NCBI GenBank assembly: GCA_018645005.1
Contig: JABGPJ010000073.1
Location: 8,274 to 72,273, forward strand
Direction of reading: 5' to 3'
Source of the DNA: Deltaproteobacteria bacterium
GTDB lineage: Bacteria; SAR324; XYD2-FULL-50-16
Length of the DNA: 64,000 bases
Shown here: in pieces, positions 54,535 to 64,000 of the stretch
How positions within the stretch are numbered: the stretch's first letter is position 1
Layout of the letters: each line of letters opens with the position of its first letter
Notes under the pieces: model-generated
What the model was told of the DNA's origin: nothing
Databases searched by the model: none
What the model saw: only the letters and a program-made list of their open reading frames with translations
Translations under genes and position numbers: made by a program

Positions 54535-55881
54535 TTGGGATTTGAGATATTTCTGGCAGGACGATATCTGCGCAGTCCACGTAAGGATCGGTCTATCTCG
54601 ATTATTACCAAAATTGCGGTGGGTGGTGTTGCTGTTGGGGTGTTGGTACTGATTACGGCGCTTTCCATGATGAATGGCATGGAAAAGGAGATGCGTGACG
54701 CCCTCAGAGGTGCAGAGAGTGACCTGACTGTCTATTCGATGTCATCTGAAGGTTTTCCATGGGGAGAGGATAACCAGCTGATCGAGCGGATAAAACAGAC
54801 GGTGGAGATAGAAGCCTATGCGCCTTTTACGACTCACCAGGGGTTGATCAGGGGCCCTCAAAAACCGGCTGGAACCCTGATCAAAGGAATCGATGCTGAC
54901 CGGGAAGCCGAAGTGGTGCCTATCGATTTTTTTATCAGAACCGAATCCTTTGAAACCAAACGGGACAATTCCAACCCCGATAGGGAGATAGCCGAAACCG
55001 AACGACAAAAAGCGCAGAAGATACTGGCTCAGCTGAAACCCCATCTGGAGTCGGTTAAAGATGCAGCCGGCAAGCTGCGCCAAACAAAAATTACCGGAAT
55101 GATTGTCGGTTCCCAGCTGGCACGTAATCTGGAAGTAGAGATCGGTGATTTTGTGACACTCATGTCATTGGAGACACGGATGTCTCCCATAGGAGAGATT
55201 GGTGTTTCCAAACGCTTCAAAGTTGTGGGCTTTTTCGAATCCGGTCTGCCTGGTTATGATGAACTGGTATCTTATATCGATATCGGCATCGCCCAGAAGA
55301 TGTACCGGATGCAGGGGCGTATTAGTGGATTGACCATTAGTGTCGAAGATAGCGGAAAAGCTGAAACCTATAAAGAAAAACTCAAAGAGAAGATTGGCTT
55401 CCCATATTTTTTCACTACCTGGCAGGATAACAATAAAAACATGTTTGCGACCTTTGAGCTGGAGCGATTTGCTCTGGGAATCATCTTGACGCTGATCATT
55501 CTTCTGGGCTCATTTCTGATAGTCAGTTCCCTGATTATGCTGGTGGTGGAAAAAAGAAAGGATATCGCCATCTTAAAAGCGATGGGAGCAAAAAATAGTT
55601 CAATTCGAAAGATTTTTATCTACCAGGGGGCTCTGATCGGTTTGACAGGGACAGTGGTGGGCGTGGTGCTGGGACTTATTGTGTGCTGGGTGATCAGTAG
55701 TTTTGATATCATCGATATTCCACCGGGTGTCTATGTGGGAAACCGGATTCCTATGCAAATTGAGGTTATGCAGATATTTATTATTACGACAGTTTCACTT
55801 CTGATCTGTTTTTTCGTCACGATAATTCCTTCCATGAAGGCTTCTAACCTGGACCCCGTTGAAGGGATGAGAAACGAATAG
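54535..55881 (+). CDS. lolC: Lipoprotein-releasing system permease LolC/LolE family (FtsX-like)
   Basis: TTG start with AGGAG upstream. The N-terminus GFEIFLAGRYLRS is typical of LolC/E. It has a large periplasmic domain and a C-terminal FtsX 3-TM bundle, and it is followed by lolD. Confidence 0.85.
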   Translation: MGFEIFLAGRYLRSPRKDRSISIITKIAVGGVAVGVLVLITALSMMNGMEKEMRDALRGAESDLTVYSMSSEGFPWGEDNQLIERIKQTVEIEAYAPFTTHQGLIRGPQKPAGTLIKGIDADREAEVVPIDFFIRTESFETKRDNSNPDREIAETERQKAQKILAQLKPHLESVKDAAGKLRQTKITGMIVGSQLARNLEVEIGDFVTLMSLETRMSPIGEIGVSKRFKVVGFFESGLPGYDELVSYIDIGIAQKMYRMQGRISGLTISVEDSGKAETYKEKLKEKIGFPYFFTTWQDNNKNMFATFELERFALGIILTLIILLGSFLIVSSLIMLVVEKRKDIAILKAMGAKNSSIRKIFIYQGALIGLTGTVVGVVLGLIVCWVISSFDIIDIPPGVYVGNRIPMQIEVMQIFIITTVSLLICFFVTIIPSMKASNLDPVEGMRNE

Positions 55882-55883
55882 CG

Positions 55884-56564
55884 ATGGAATCAATTATTAC
55901 AGTTGAAAATCTCACTAAACATTTCGTCGATGGAAATGGTCAGAGGCTTGAAATATTAAAAGCGATTGACCATGAATTTCCCAGGAATGCGAGTATTTCC
56001 ATTGTCGGAAGTTCCGGTAGTGGAAAAAGTACGTTACTCAACCTGATGGGAGGTCTGGACCATCCGACATCCGGAAATGTTTTCTTTCTCGGCGAGAATA
56101 TTAATCAGTATGATTCGGATACTTTGTCAGACTGGCGGAATCGCCATGTTGGATTTATTTTTCAGGCCCATCATCTGCTTCCCGATTTTACGGCATTGGA
56201 GAATGTTTCAATTCCCGCTATGATTGCGGGATCTCCCAGGCAGCAGTATCTAAAAAAGGCAGAAATGCTTCTCGATCAGGTCGGTCTTAAAGAACGTTCA
56301 ACCCATAAACCGAGTCAGCTTTCGGGAGGGGAACAGCAACGAGTGGCTATTGCCAGAGCTTTGATTAACTCTCCCAGCATGGTTTTTGCGGATGAACCCA
56401 CTGGCAATCTGGACAACAAAACGGGTGAGTCAGTAGGGGCGTTACTCCAGGAAATCTGCCGTTCACAAAAAACAACGTTGATTGTGGTGACTCACAATGC
56501 CGGCCTGGCAACCAGTATGGATTTTAAACTGAGACTTTTTGATGGGAAACTCTCAGAGTTCTGA
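55884..56564 (+). CDS. lolD: Lipoprotein-releasing system ATP-binding protein LolD
   Basis: Walker A GSSGSGKSTLL, signature LSGGEQQRVAIARAL and Walker B VFADEPTGNLD. Confidence 0.88.
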   Translation: MESIITVENLTKHFVDGNGQRLEILKAIDHEFPRNASISIVGSSGSGKSTLLNLMGGLDHPTSGNVFFLGENINQYDSDTLSDWRNRHVGFIFQAHHLLPDFTALENVSIPAMIAGSPRQQYLKKAEMLLDQVGLKERSTHKPSQLSGGEQQRVAIARALINSPSMVFADEPTGNLDNKTGESVGALLQEICRSQKTTLIVVTHNAGLATSMDFKLRLFDGKLSEF

Positions 56565-56602
56565 ACATTTTTTGGGATGAGTTTTTACAGGGATGTGGTT
56601 TT

Positions 56603-59104
56603 ATGAAGACTATTGCAGCACATTGGTTAAGGCGGATTAATGAGTATTCATTTTGGGTAGTGCTGTGTTGTGCTATGCTATCTATGCCTTCGTCCCTCTT
56701 CGGTCAGACAGATTCTACTTTGGTCCAGGGAACGATCATTGAAATCAAGATCGAGGGACTGAAGTTTATAGAAAAAGGCTTGATTCTTTCGACCATCCAA
56801 TCGCAGCGGGGGTTACGACTTTCGCCCGTCACCGTATCTGAGGACATCAAAACACTTTACCAGCTGGGCTATTTTGAGGATATATCCGTAGACTTCGAAA
56901 CCGAAGAAGTGGGTCAATTGAACCTGATCTTCAAACTGGTTGAAAAGCCAAGAATTGCCCTGATAGAAATTAAAGGCAACCTAAAGATCAGCAGTGATAC
57001 GTTGAAGGAAAAACTCAAGGTGTTTCAAAATAATATGGTTGATCATAAGCGCATCAAAGCGGATGTGGATTTAATTCTCGAAGAGTATCGAAAAAAGGGG
57101 TACATGCAGACCCAGGTGGATTACAAGATCGAGAAGATCAAGCGGGATTCTGTTACGCTGACCTATCATGTGACAGAATCGCCAAAAGTTTTTCTGACGG
57201 AAATCGAAATTACCGGCACTAAGATTTATCCCCCTCTGGATATTGAGCGGATTATGATCTCCGCAGAAATTGACTGCTTTTCCTGGATGAATGATTCAGG
57301 TGTATTCCAGGAATCGAAAGTCAACCAGGATCTTCAGGTGATAACCCAACTCTATCTCTCCAATGGATATATTAAACTCAAAATTGATAAACCCAAAGCG
57401 GTTCTGATTAAAAATAGAGATTATTCCCGTGTCAAGATCGGGATCAATATTTCTGAAGGAGATCAGTATTTCACCGGCAAAATTGATCTCATCTCAGCTG
57501 ATGGTAACGAGTTGCTGTTCGATAAAGCAGAGTTGCTGTCCGACATGGTTATGCAGACGGGAGCTGTTTTTAACCCTTATCGCCAAAATGAAGATCGATT
57601 TAAAATATCCCGGATTTATCAGGCGCGGGGGTACGCTTTTTCCAGTGTCCGTGTAAAGAACAAAATCCATGAGGACACAAAAACCGTCGATCTGACCTAC
57701 CGTATTACTCGGGGAGAAAAGGCCTACATAGGCCGGATCGAAATTGCAGGCAATTATGAAACCATGGATCATGTGGTCAGGCGGGAGCTGGAAGTATATG
57801 ATAATGAGCTTTTTGACGGTGTCAAGCTGCAAGAGAGCCAGAGAAAGATCACTCGTCTGGGATTCTTCGAGCAGGGATCCGGAGTTCGCTTAAAAAAATC
57901 ACAGGGGGCGGAAGAGAATACACTCGATTACAGTATTATTTTGAATGAAGCTCAGACCGGCACCTTCAATGCCAGTCTTTCTTATTCCGGCTATAGTGGA
58001 TTTGCCCTGCTATTGTCCGTTTCAAAGAAGAATTTTTTGGGAACTGGGAGGACGGTGACACTTTCTACCGAGCAGCAGGGAGAGGGAGACAGCCGTTACG
58101 ATTTCAGCCTGATCAGCCCCTACTGGTTTGATACCGATTTCGTGAACTCCTTCCGGCTCTTCTCCATTTATGAAGATGAGGTCTATTACAACACACGGAC
58201 GACTGGATTTAACTTTGGACTCAGCTATCCGATCTGGAAAAACCTGACTGCCAGCTCGGTCTACTCGTGGAAAAATGAGGATTACACAGACATCAACGAA
58301 ATCGGTGAGGAGTCCTTAGAAGGAGAGACCCGGAACGCCTATAGAAGTGTGAGGCTGGGGACCACGTACAGTACGGTCGATCATCCGCTGTTCCCATCCA
58401 AGGGATATGAGGCTTCGTTTTCAATTGAACAATACGGCGGCCCTTTCGGTGGCAGTATCGAATACCGCACCTATAATCTTAACACCAAATATTTCAAGAC
58501 CCTGAATGATTCAGGGACGCTCCTTTTTGGGGCTAAATTCAACTGGGCGCATTTGCAGAAGACCAACCCTTCCAAAGAGATTCTACTGGCAAAAAGATAT
58601 GAAATCGGTGGAATTACGACTGTCAGAGGATTTGACTACAATGATATCGAAGGGCCCAGCAGTGAAGGGGAACTGGGTCAGCTGGCCAGCGATTACATCA
58701 GGGGCAAATACCCCTATCAAGGTGATTATTCGGACTGTCAGAGCGATCCGGTCTGTGCGTCACTACCGGAGTCCAAGGACGCCACACGGGAGTACTTTGA
58801 ACAGCATCGCGGGGGAACAACCCAGAGGATACTCAATCTCCAGCTCTACTTCCCCCTGACCCGGGAAGGAACCCGTATCCGAGGTCTTGTGTTTTTCGAT
58901 GCCGGTAATGTTTGGGCGGAAGATCGTATGTATGAAATTGCGGGTCAAAAAAAGGATGACTGGTACTACCGAATGAGTACCGGTGTGGGTGTTAACCTGA
59001 TTACACCGATGGGGGTGTTGCGGTTTGAATATGGTGTAAAATTGGATAAGAAACCTGCCGAATCACCCAGTAAATTCGACTTCCACATTTCCGGCCTGTT
59101 CTAA
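56603..59104 (+). CDS. bamA: Outer membrane protein assembly factor BamA
   Basis: Signal peptide, five POTRA-like repeats (for example IEIKIEGLKFIEKGLI, IEIKGNLKIS, IEITGTKIY, IEIAGNYETMDHVVRREL), a C-terminal 16-strand Omp85 barrel and a terminal ...FHISGLF. Confidence 0.92.
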   Translation: MKTIAAHWLRRINEYSFWVVLCCAMLSMPSSLFGQTDSTLVQGTIIEIKIEGLKFIEKGLILSTIQSQRGLRLSPVTVSEDIKTLYQLGYFEDISVDFETEEVGQLNLIFKLVEKPRIALIEIKGNLKISSDTLKEKLKVFQNNMVDHKRIKADVDLILEEYRKKGYMQTQVDYKIEKIKRDSVTLTYHVTESPKVFLTEIEITGTKIYPPLDIERIMISAEIDCFSWMNDSGVFQESKVNQDLQVITQLYLSNGYIKLKIDKPKAVLIKNRDYSRVKIGINISEGDQYFTGKIDLISADGNELLFDKAELLSDMVMQTGAVFNPYRQNEDRFKISRIYQARGYAFSSVRVKNKIHEDTKTVDLTYRITRGEKAYIGRIEIAGNYETMDHVVRRELEVYDNELFDGVKLQESQRKITRLGFFEQGSGVRLKKSQGAEENTLDYSIILNEAQTGTFNASLSYSGYSGFALLLSVSKKNFLGTGRTVTLSTEQQGEGDSRYDFSLISPYWFDTDFVNSFRLFSIYEDEVYYNTRTTGFNFGLSYPIWKNLTASSVYSWKNEDYTDINEIGEESLEGETRNAYRSVRLGTTYSTVDHPLFPSKGYEASFSIEQYGGPFGGSIEYRTYNLNTKYFKTLNDSGTLLFGAKFNWAHLQKTNPSKEILLAKRYEIGGITTVRGFDYNDIEGPSSEGELGQLASDYIRGKYPYQGDYSDCQSDPVCASLPESKDATREYFEQHRGGTTQRILNLQLYFPLTREGTRIRGLVFFDAGNVWAEDRMYEIAGQKKDDWYYRMSTGVGVNLITPMGVLRFEYGVKLDKKPAESPSKFDFHISGLF

Positions 59105-59243
59105 ATAAAACGACATTTCCAGCCTGATGTTAACCCGCCTTGATCACAAAGCGGGCTGACATCCCAATCCTTTCAAGTCTGACGGCAGTTCGGGTTTGCA
59201 GATAGGCTCGGGTCCTTGTGAGCCTTCCATTTCCACAGATCCC

Positions 59244-60713
59244 TTAGTACCGATAATGCTCCGGTTTATAAGGACCATCCACAGGTACGCCGAGATATTC
59301 CGCCTGTTTGTCTGTCAGGGTGGTCAGCTTGACACCCAGTTGATCCAGGTGAAGTCTGGCAACATCTTCATCCAGCTTTTTCGGAAGAATGTAGACTATA
59401 TTTTCGTACTTCCCCTTATTCTTAAACAGCTCAATTTGAGCGAGTACCTGATTGGTGAATGAGTTTGACATGACAAAGCTGGGATGACCCGTTGCACAGC
59501 CCAGGTTCAGGAGCCGTCCTTCCGCCAGGATCATCACACTGTGACCATCTGGAAATACCCATTCATCATATTGGGGTTTGATATTGATATTTTTAATGCC
59601 TGGGATTTTTTTCAGACCCGCCATATCAATTTCGTTATCGAAATGGCCGATATTACCCACAATTGCTTTATCCTTCATTTTAGACATATGTTCAGCTGTG
59701 ATGACGTTAAAGTTCCCGGTCGTGGTCACAAAAATATCGGCGGTCTCAAGTACATCTTCCAGCGTCGTTACCTGGTACCCTTCCATTGCGGCCTGAAGAG
59801 CGCAAATCGGATCTATTTCCGTAATAATGACGCGGCAACCTTGTCCTTTGAGAGCTTGGGCTGACCCTTTTCCGACCTCTCCAAAACCACAGATTACTGC
59901 AACCTTACCTCCCAGCATCACGTCGGTTGCCCGGCAGAGACCATCTGGCAGTGAATGTCGACAGCCGTAAGTATTATCGAATTTACTCTTGGTCACGGAA
60001 TCGTTCACGTTAAATGCCGGAAACATCAGTTCTCCAGACTCCTGCATGGCGTAAAGGCGATGAACACCGGTTGTCGTCTCCTCGCTGACGCCGATGATAT
60101 TTTTTATCACCTTGGTCCAGCGATTTGGATTTTTTTCCAGCTCCTTTTTCAACATGTTAACGATGACGCCCCACTCTTCTGGATCGTTATCCGGATCGAA
60201 ATCGGGAACTTTGCCCGCGGCTTCAAATTCCGCACCTTTATGTACAACAAGTGTCGCGTCACCACCATCATCGACAATCAGGTCCGGTCCTGAGCCGTCA
60301 GGCCACATCAGAGCTTGTTCCGTACACCACCAATACTCCTCCAGCGTCTCACCTTTCCATGCAAATACAGGCGTCCCTTGGGGTTCATCAATTGTTCCGT
60401 TTGGTCCAACAACGATGGCTGCTGCTGCATGATCCTGTGTAGAAAAAATATTACAACTGACCCAGCGGACATCTGCGCCGAGGGCAACCAGCGTTTCAAT
60501 CAGGACCGCGGTTTGAATGGTCATATGCAGACTACCCATGATCTTGGTACCGGCCAGGGGCTTCTCTGACTGGTATTTCTCTATGAGAGCCATTAATCCT
60601 GGCATCTCCTGTTCGGCTAGCCGGATCTCATTGCGACCGAATTCGGCCTGACTGATGTCAGCAATTTTATATGCAGGGCGTTCTGTAATGGACGTTTCAA
60701 GTATCTTATTCAT
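59244..60713 (-). CDS. ahcY: S-adenosyl-L-homocysteine hydrolase (adenosylhomocysteinase)
   Basis: [13 protein letters not shown]..., an NAD-binding GxGxxG motif ([11 protein letters not shown]) and C-terminal ...KPEHYRY. It is the long bacterial form with the ~40-aa insertion. Confidence 0.95.
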   Translation of the reverse strand: MNKILETSITERPAYKIADISQAEFGRNEIRLAEQEMPGLMALIEKYQSEKPLAGTKIMGSLHMTIQTAVLIETLVALGADVRWVSCNIFSTQDHAAAAIVVGPNGTIDEPQGTPVFAWKGETLEEYWWCTEQALMWPDGSGPDLIVDDGGDATLVVHKGAEFEAAGKVPDFDPDNDPEEWGVIVNMLKKELEKNPNRWTKVIKNIIGVSEETTTGVHRLYAMQESGELMFPAFNVNDSVTKSKFDNTYGCRHSLPDGLCRATDVMLGGKVAVICGFGEVGKGSAQALKGQGCRVIITEIDPICALQAAMEGYQVTTLEDVLETADIFVTTTGNFNVITAEHMSKMKDKAIVGNIGHFDNEIDMAGLKKIPGIKNINIKPQYDEWVFPDGHSVMILAEGRLLNLGCATGHPSFVMSNSFTNQVLAQIELFKNKGKYENIVYILPKKLDEDVARLHLDQLGVKLTTLTDKQAEYLGVPVDGPYKPEHYRY

Positions 60714-60938
60714 CTTTACTCTCGCTTATTAGTTGGATAGGTTTTTGTCTGTTCAGTGGTGTCGAAGAATTTTCTTGAAGCAGAATCTTTTTATTATATA
60801 AAGAGGGATTGAAACTGTCACCTGCAAACACAAATATCTGAAATGAAGAGCAATATTAATTTGACGTGAATTCCCTTTCTAATGTCAAGCGGCACCCCCT
60901 GTTTTCATGCTAAACCCGCAATATGGCGCAATGACGCG

Positions 60939-61757
60939 CTATTCGAAGCGGCGAATTTCCTGACAGATCTCTTCGACAATTGAATCCGCAGTTGAAGCGC
61001 CTGAGGTGATCCCGACCTCTGTTTTTCCCTTGAACCATTCCGGCTTCAGCTGATCGGCAGTTTCAATATGGTGGCTGTCGACGTAATTGCGTGTCAATTC
61101 AACCAGTTTCTTAGTATTTGAAGAGTGAAAGCCGCCAACCACAATCATGATATCTACCTGTTTAGCAAGCTTTTCTGCGGCGATCTGTCTTTTTTTTGTG
61201 GGGGAACAGATCGTATTCTTAACTTTTACGTCAGGACATCGCTGATGAATAAGGGCGACCAGTTCATCGAAGCGCCTCTGGGAGAAGGTACTCTGGCAGA
61301 TAATACCAATTTTTTCTGGCAAATCGGTCTGATCGAGCTCAGCTTCAGAATTAATGATAATCGGGTCTTTCATCCTGGATGCAATTCCCTTAACTTCGAT
61401 ATGTTGTTTATCACCCAGGATGACTATTTTATAGCCCTCTTTTTCAAGTCCAATTCCAGCCCGATAAATGGTACTGACCAGGGGACAGGTTGTATCAACA
61501 ATATTCAGTTTGAGCTGATCCAGTTTTTCAAAATTTTCCACCAGTGTCCCATGGGCGGTAATGACAATTGGATTTTCCTCCTGGCCAGTAATTTCGTGAA
61601 TAATGGTTTTACCCTTTTGTTCGAGTTCCCGGACCACCTGCTTGTTGTGAATTAAATCTCCAAAAATGTTGACCTCTTCATGTTCATTGACAATATCCAG
61701 TGCTCTTCTGACTCCCCAGCAAAATCCTTGGTCTTCAGCCACAATAATATTTTTCAT
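60939..61757 (-). CDS. ispH: 4-hydroxy-3-methylbut-2-enyl diphosphate reductase IspH (LytB)
   Basis: The three cluster cysteines are in canonical context: GFCWGVRRA, DTTCPLV and NTICSPT. Confidence 0.93.
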   Translation of the reverse strand: MKNIIVAEDQGFCWGVRRALDIVNEHEEVNIFGDLIHNKQVVRELEQKGKTIIHEITGQEENPIVITAHGTLVENFEKLDQLKLNIVDTTCPLVSTIYRAGIGLEKEGYKIVILGDKQHIEVKGIASRMKDPIIINSEAELDQTDLPEKIGIICQSTFSQRRFDELVALIHQRCPDVKVKNTICSPTKKRQIAAEKLAKQVDIMIVVGGFHSSNTKKLVELTRNYVDSHHIETADQLKPEWFKGKTEVGITSGASTADSIVEEICQEIRRFE

Positions 61758-62283
61758 TATTCAACACGATTTCATTTTTAGATTTGAAACAGCAGAAGAT
61801 GTCACTGGTATTTTTAAATCCTTCAGCCTTTTTTATTATCCAAACACAGATTCTGATTTTGGCTCCTCCAATAAGTGTGTTTCTCATCACAATTTTAGCC
61901 TATGATCGATGGAAAAACCAGTCCCCAGATTGAAGATATCATTTTGATAAATTTAAATATTTAAAATCATTGTTTTCTTGTTGCCAACACTGGATTTATT
62001 TATCAAATTCTGCTATTTCCTATGGATAGACAAATAGCAAATAGACGAGTCTGATCACTCCTGTTTTATGGCTGTGAGCGTATTCTCCAAATCAAACCTG
62101 TAAGAAAAATTTCCTCTCGGAAAAGTTACAGCAAACCGTTTTTTCACCTGATGGCGACATATCCAAGTTCTTCCAGATTCTACGGGTTCGAAAAGAAATC
62201 ATAATTTTGAAAAACAATCAGGTCCCGGAGGGTACCACCTCTGCTTCCGGGGATTAATAAAAATTTAAGCTGCTAAAATAAAA

Positions 62284-64000
62284 ATGCTCAGTTATTTGAA
62301 AAAGAAAATCGTGGGGTCGTTCTCTGATCGGGAATTAAAAAAGTATTATCCCTTTTTACAAAAAATAAACGATCTTGAAAGCGATTTTAAGAATCTCAGC
62401 CAAACTGAATGTATTGCAAAAGCTGAAGATTTAAAGTCGAGGGCGAAAAATGGAGCCGAACTGGATGACCTTCTTCCGGAAACTTTTGCGCTGGTTCGAA
62501 AGGCGTCTATAGAGACACTGGGAGAGCGACATTTCGATGTTCAATTACTCGGTGGAATCGCACTCCACCGAGGTGAAATAGCTGAAATGAAAACCGGTGA
62601 AGGGAAAACGCTGACTGCGACTTTACCGCTGGTTCTGAACGCTCTCTCAGGGAAAGGGGCACATGTTGTGACGGTCAATGACTATCTGGCCGAACGTGAT
62701 TCAAAATGGATGGGGGAGATCTTTCAGTATCTGGGAATGACCGTGGGGGTCATCAAACACGGGTTGACTGATGAGGAGCGGAGAGACGCATATGCCGCTG
62801 ACATTACGTACGGAACTAATAACGAATATGGTTTTGACTATCTGCGTGATAATATGAAGTTCGACTTGAAGGACTATGTGCAGCGTGATCACCATTATGC
62901 AATTGTCGACGAGGTTGACAGTATTCTAATCGATGAGGCCCGGACCCCGCTGATCATTTCTGGTCTTGCGGCCGGATCCACGGAAAACTATCACATCATT
63001 GATCGGGAAATGTATGGTCTGACCCGTGAATGGCGAGTGAGCGACAGTCCCGAACCGGAACTCGTCGCCAAACTCCATGAGATTGAAATCAATGAGGTCA
63101 AGAACTTTTTACGGAATCATGAGGATCTGGATGTTATTATCCCCGGAGACTACACCCTTGAGGAAAAATCGCGCAATATTCAGCTGGCCGAATCCGGTAT
63201 AGAAAAAATGCAGACTCGACTGACCGGAATATTGAAAACACCCAACCTGTTTGATTTTGAAAACATTGAGTTTTTGCATCACGTCAATCAGGCATTGAAG
63301 GCGCAGTATGTTTTTAAGCGGGATATCGATTATGTGGTTCAGGAAGGCAAGGTCTTGATTGTTGATGAATTCACCGGCCGGATTATGGAGGGACGCCGTT
63401 TCAGTGATGGGTTGCACCAGGCACTGGAAGCTAAAGAACGGGTCCGAATTGAAAAGGAGAATCAAACACTTGCCTCAATTACATTTCAGAACTATTTCCG
63501 CAAATATGAAAAACTGGCGGGTATGACGGGTACGGCTGAAACAGAAGCGGATGAGTTCATGAAAATATACAACCTGGGCGTGGTTGTGATTCCGACGAAT
63601 AAGCCCATGATTCGCCAGGATCACGCGGATGTTATCTATAAGACCGCAGCGGCAAAAAAACGTGCGATCTTGAGCCAGATTCAGGATGTGTTTAGTAAAA
63701 AACAACCGGTGCTTGTTGGAACCGCTTCCATTGAAAGTTCTGAAGTTCTCAGCCGGATGTTGGACAAAAATAAAATTCCCCACAAAGTCCTCAACGCCAA
63801 ATTCCATGATCAGGAAGCAGAAATCATCGCTAAGGCAGGCCAGCCGGGCTCTGTAACCATCGCGACCAATATGGCCGGTCGGGGGACCGACATAAAACTG
63901 GGAGAAGCGATTGTCAATAAAGGCGGACTTTTTATTCTGGGTACGGAGCGAAACGAATCTCGTCGGGTGGATAACCAGTTGCGTGGACGTTCCGGCCGTC
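62284..64000 (+). CDS. secA: Preprotein translocase ATPase SecA (3' end beyond the window)
   Basis: This ORF is absent from the ORF track because there is no stop within the window. Translation from the ATG at 62284 gives [21 protein letters not shown]...[15 protein letters not shown]...[11 protein letters not shown]...[21 protein letters not shown]...[20 protein letters not shown], a textbook SecA. Confidence 0.95.
   Translation, partial: MLSYLKKKIVGSFSDRELKKYYPFLQKINDLESDFKNLSQTECIAKAEDLKSRAKNGAELDDLLPETFALVRKASIETLGERHFDVQLLGGIALHRGEIAEMKTGEGKTLTATLPLVLNALSGKGAHVVTVNDYLAERDSKWMGEIFQYLGMTVGVIKHGLTDEERRDAYAADITYGTNNEYGFDYLRDNMKFDLKDYVQRDHHYAIVDEVDSILIDEARTPLIISGLAAGSTENYHIIDREMYGLTREWRVSDSPEPELVAKLHEIEINEVKNFLRNHEDLDVIIPGDYTLEEKSRNIQLAESGIEKMQTRLTGILKTPNLFDFENIEFLHHVNQALKAQYVFKRDIDYVVQEGKVLIVDEFTGRIMEGRRFSDGLHQALEAKERVRIEKENQTLASITFQNYFRKYEKLAGMTGTAETEADEFMKIYNLGVVVIPTNKPMIRQDHADVIYKTAAAKKRAILSQIQDVFSKKQPVLVGTASIESSEVLSRMLDKNKIPHKVLNAKFHDQEAEIIAKAGQPGSVTIATNMAGRGTDIKLGEAIVNKGGLFILGTERNESRRVDNQLRGRSGR

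Noticed and set aside
59105-59243. Rho-independent terminator between the convergent bamA and ahcY genes
   Set aside because: There is only a short imperfect stem (CCCGCctt...aaaGCGGG) without a U-tract on either strand, which is too weak to annotate.
60714-60938. SAH riboswitch upstream of ahcY
   Set aside because: The minus-strand leader is AT-rich and lacks the GC-rich conserved SAH-element segments. No matching pseudoknot-forming motifs were seen.
61125-61655. 176-aa ORF on the plus strand
   Set aside because: It is antisense to ispH, whose identity is unambiguous.
1-64000. CRISPR arrays, tandem repeat arrays, rRNA/tRNA genes, transposase/integrase/phage genes and known defence-system genes
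   Set aside because: Reading both strands, I found no regularly spaced direct repeats, no cloverleaf-compatible tRNA sequence, no rRNA-like segments and no ORFs with recombinase, transposase, nuclease-helicase defence or toxin-antitoxin signatures. The only mobile signatures are the non-coding MITE-like repeats reported above. A tRNAscan/Infernal run would be needed to exclude small RNAs formally.

Overview
This is a 64-kb chromosomal segment from a diderm (Gram-negative) bacterium. It is moderately AT-rich by eye. The gene content includes an NtrY/NtrX pair, a sigma-54 activator, NikR with a non-enterobacterial type operator, UbiE/MenG, Lol/BamA and a candidate selenoprotein. That content looks delta-proteobacteria/Desulfobacterota-like, but I cannot place the organism from sequence alone. 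I count about 57 protein-coding genes, mostly core housekeeping: secA, bamA, lolCD, ahcY, ispH, recQ, rnc, mnmG, ddl, tsaB, rimI, murJ, lepB, glgC and ubiE. Other genes are two ABC systems, a NikR-controlled CbiM/Q/O-type nickel ECF transporter, an isolated fliP-fliQ pair, several signalling proteins (two class III cyclase homologues, three histidine kinases, two response regulators) and large TPR proteins. By eye I found no rRNA, tRNA, CRISPR array, prophage, transposase/integrase or recognisable defence island. I do not see convincing evidence for a novel multi-gene system; the window is mostly ordinary core genome. The observations most worth follow-up are these. (1) A C_GCAxxG_C_C-family gene carries an in-frame TGA at the conserved Cys position and a SECIS-like hairpin just downstream, so it is a candidate selenoprotein that the ORF track splits. 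(2) A family of palindromic MITE-like repeats is present: three ~105-143 bp copies, two of them abutting TAA stop codons, and one 224-bp element with 26-nt terminal inverted repeats and a 9-bp target-site duplication. (3) The nickel ECF operon has an atypical 207-aa periplasmic/TM component and a His-rich ATPase tail. (4) fliPQ lack fliR and are translationally coupled to redox genes. (5) An 83-codon open frame with no canonical start codon lies upstream of a 393-aa hypothetical gene.
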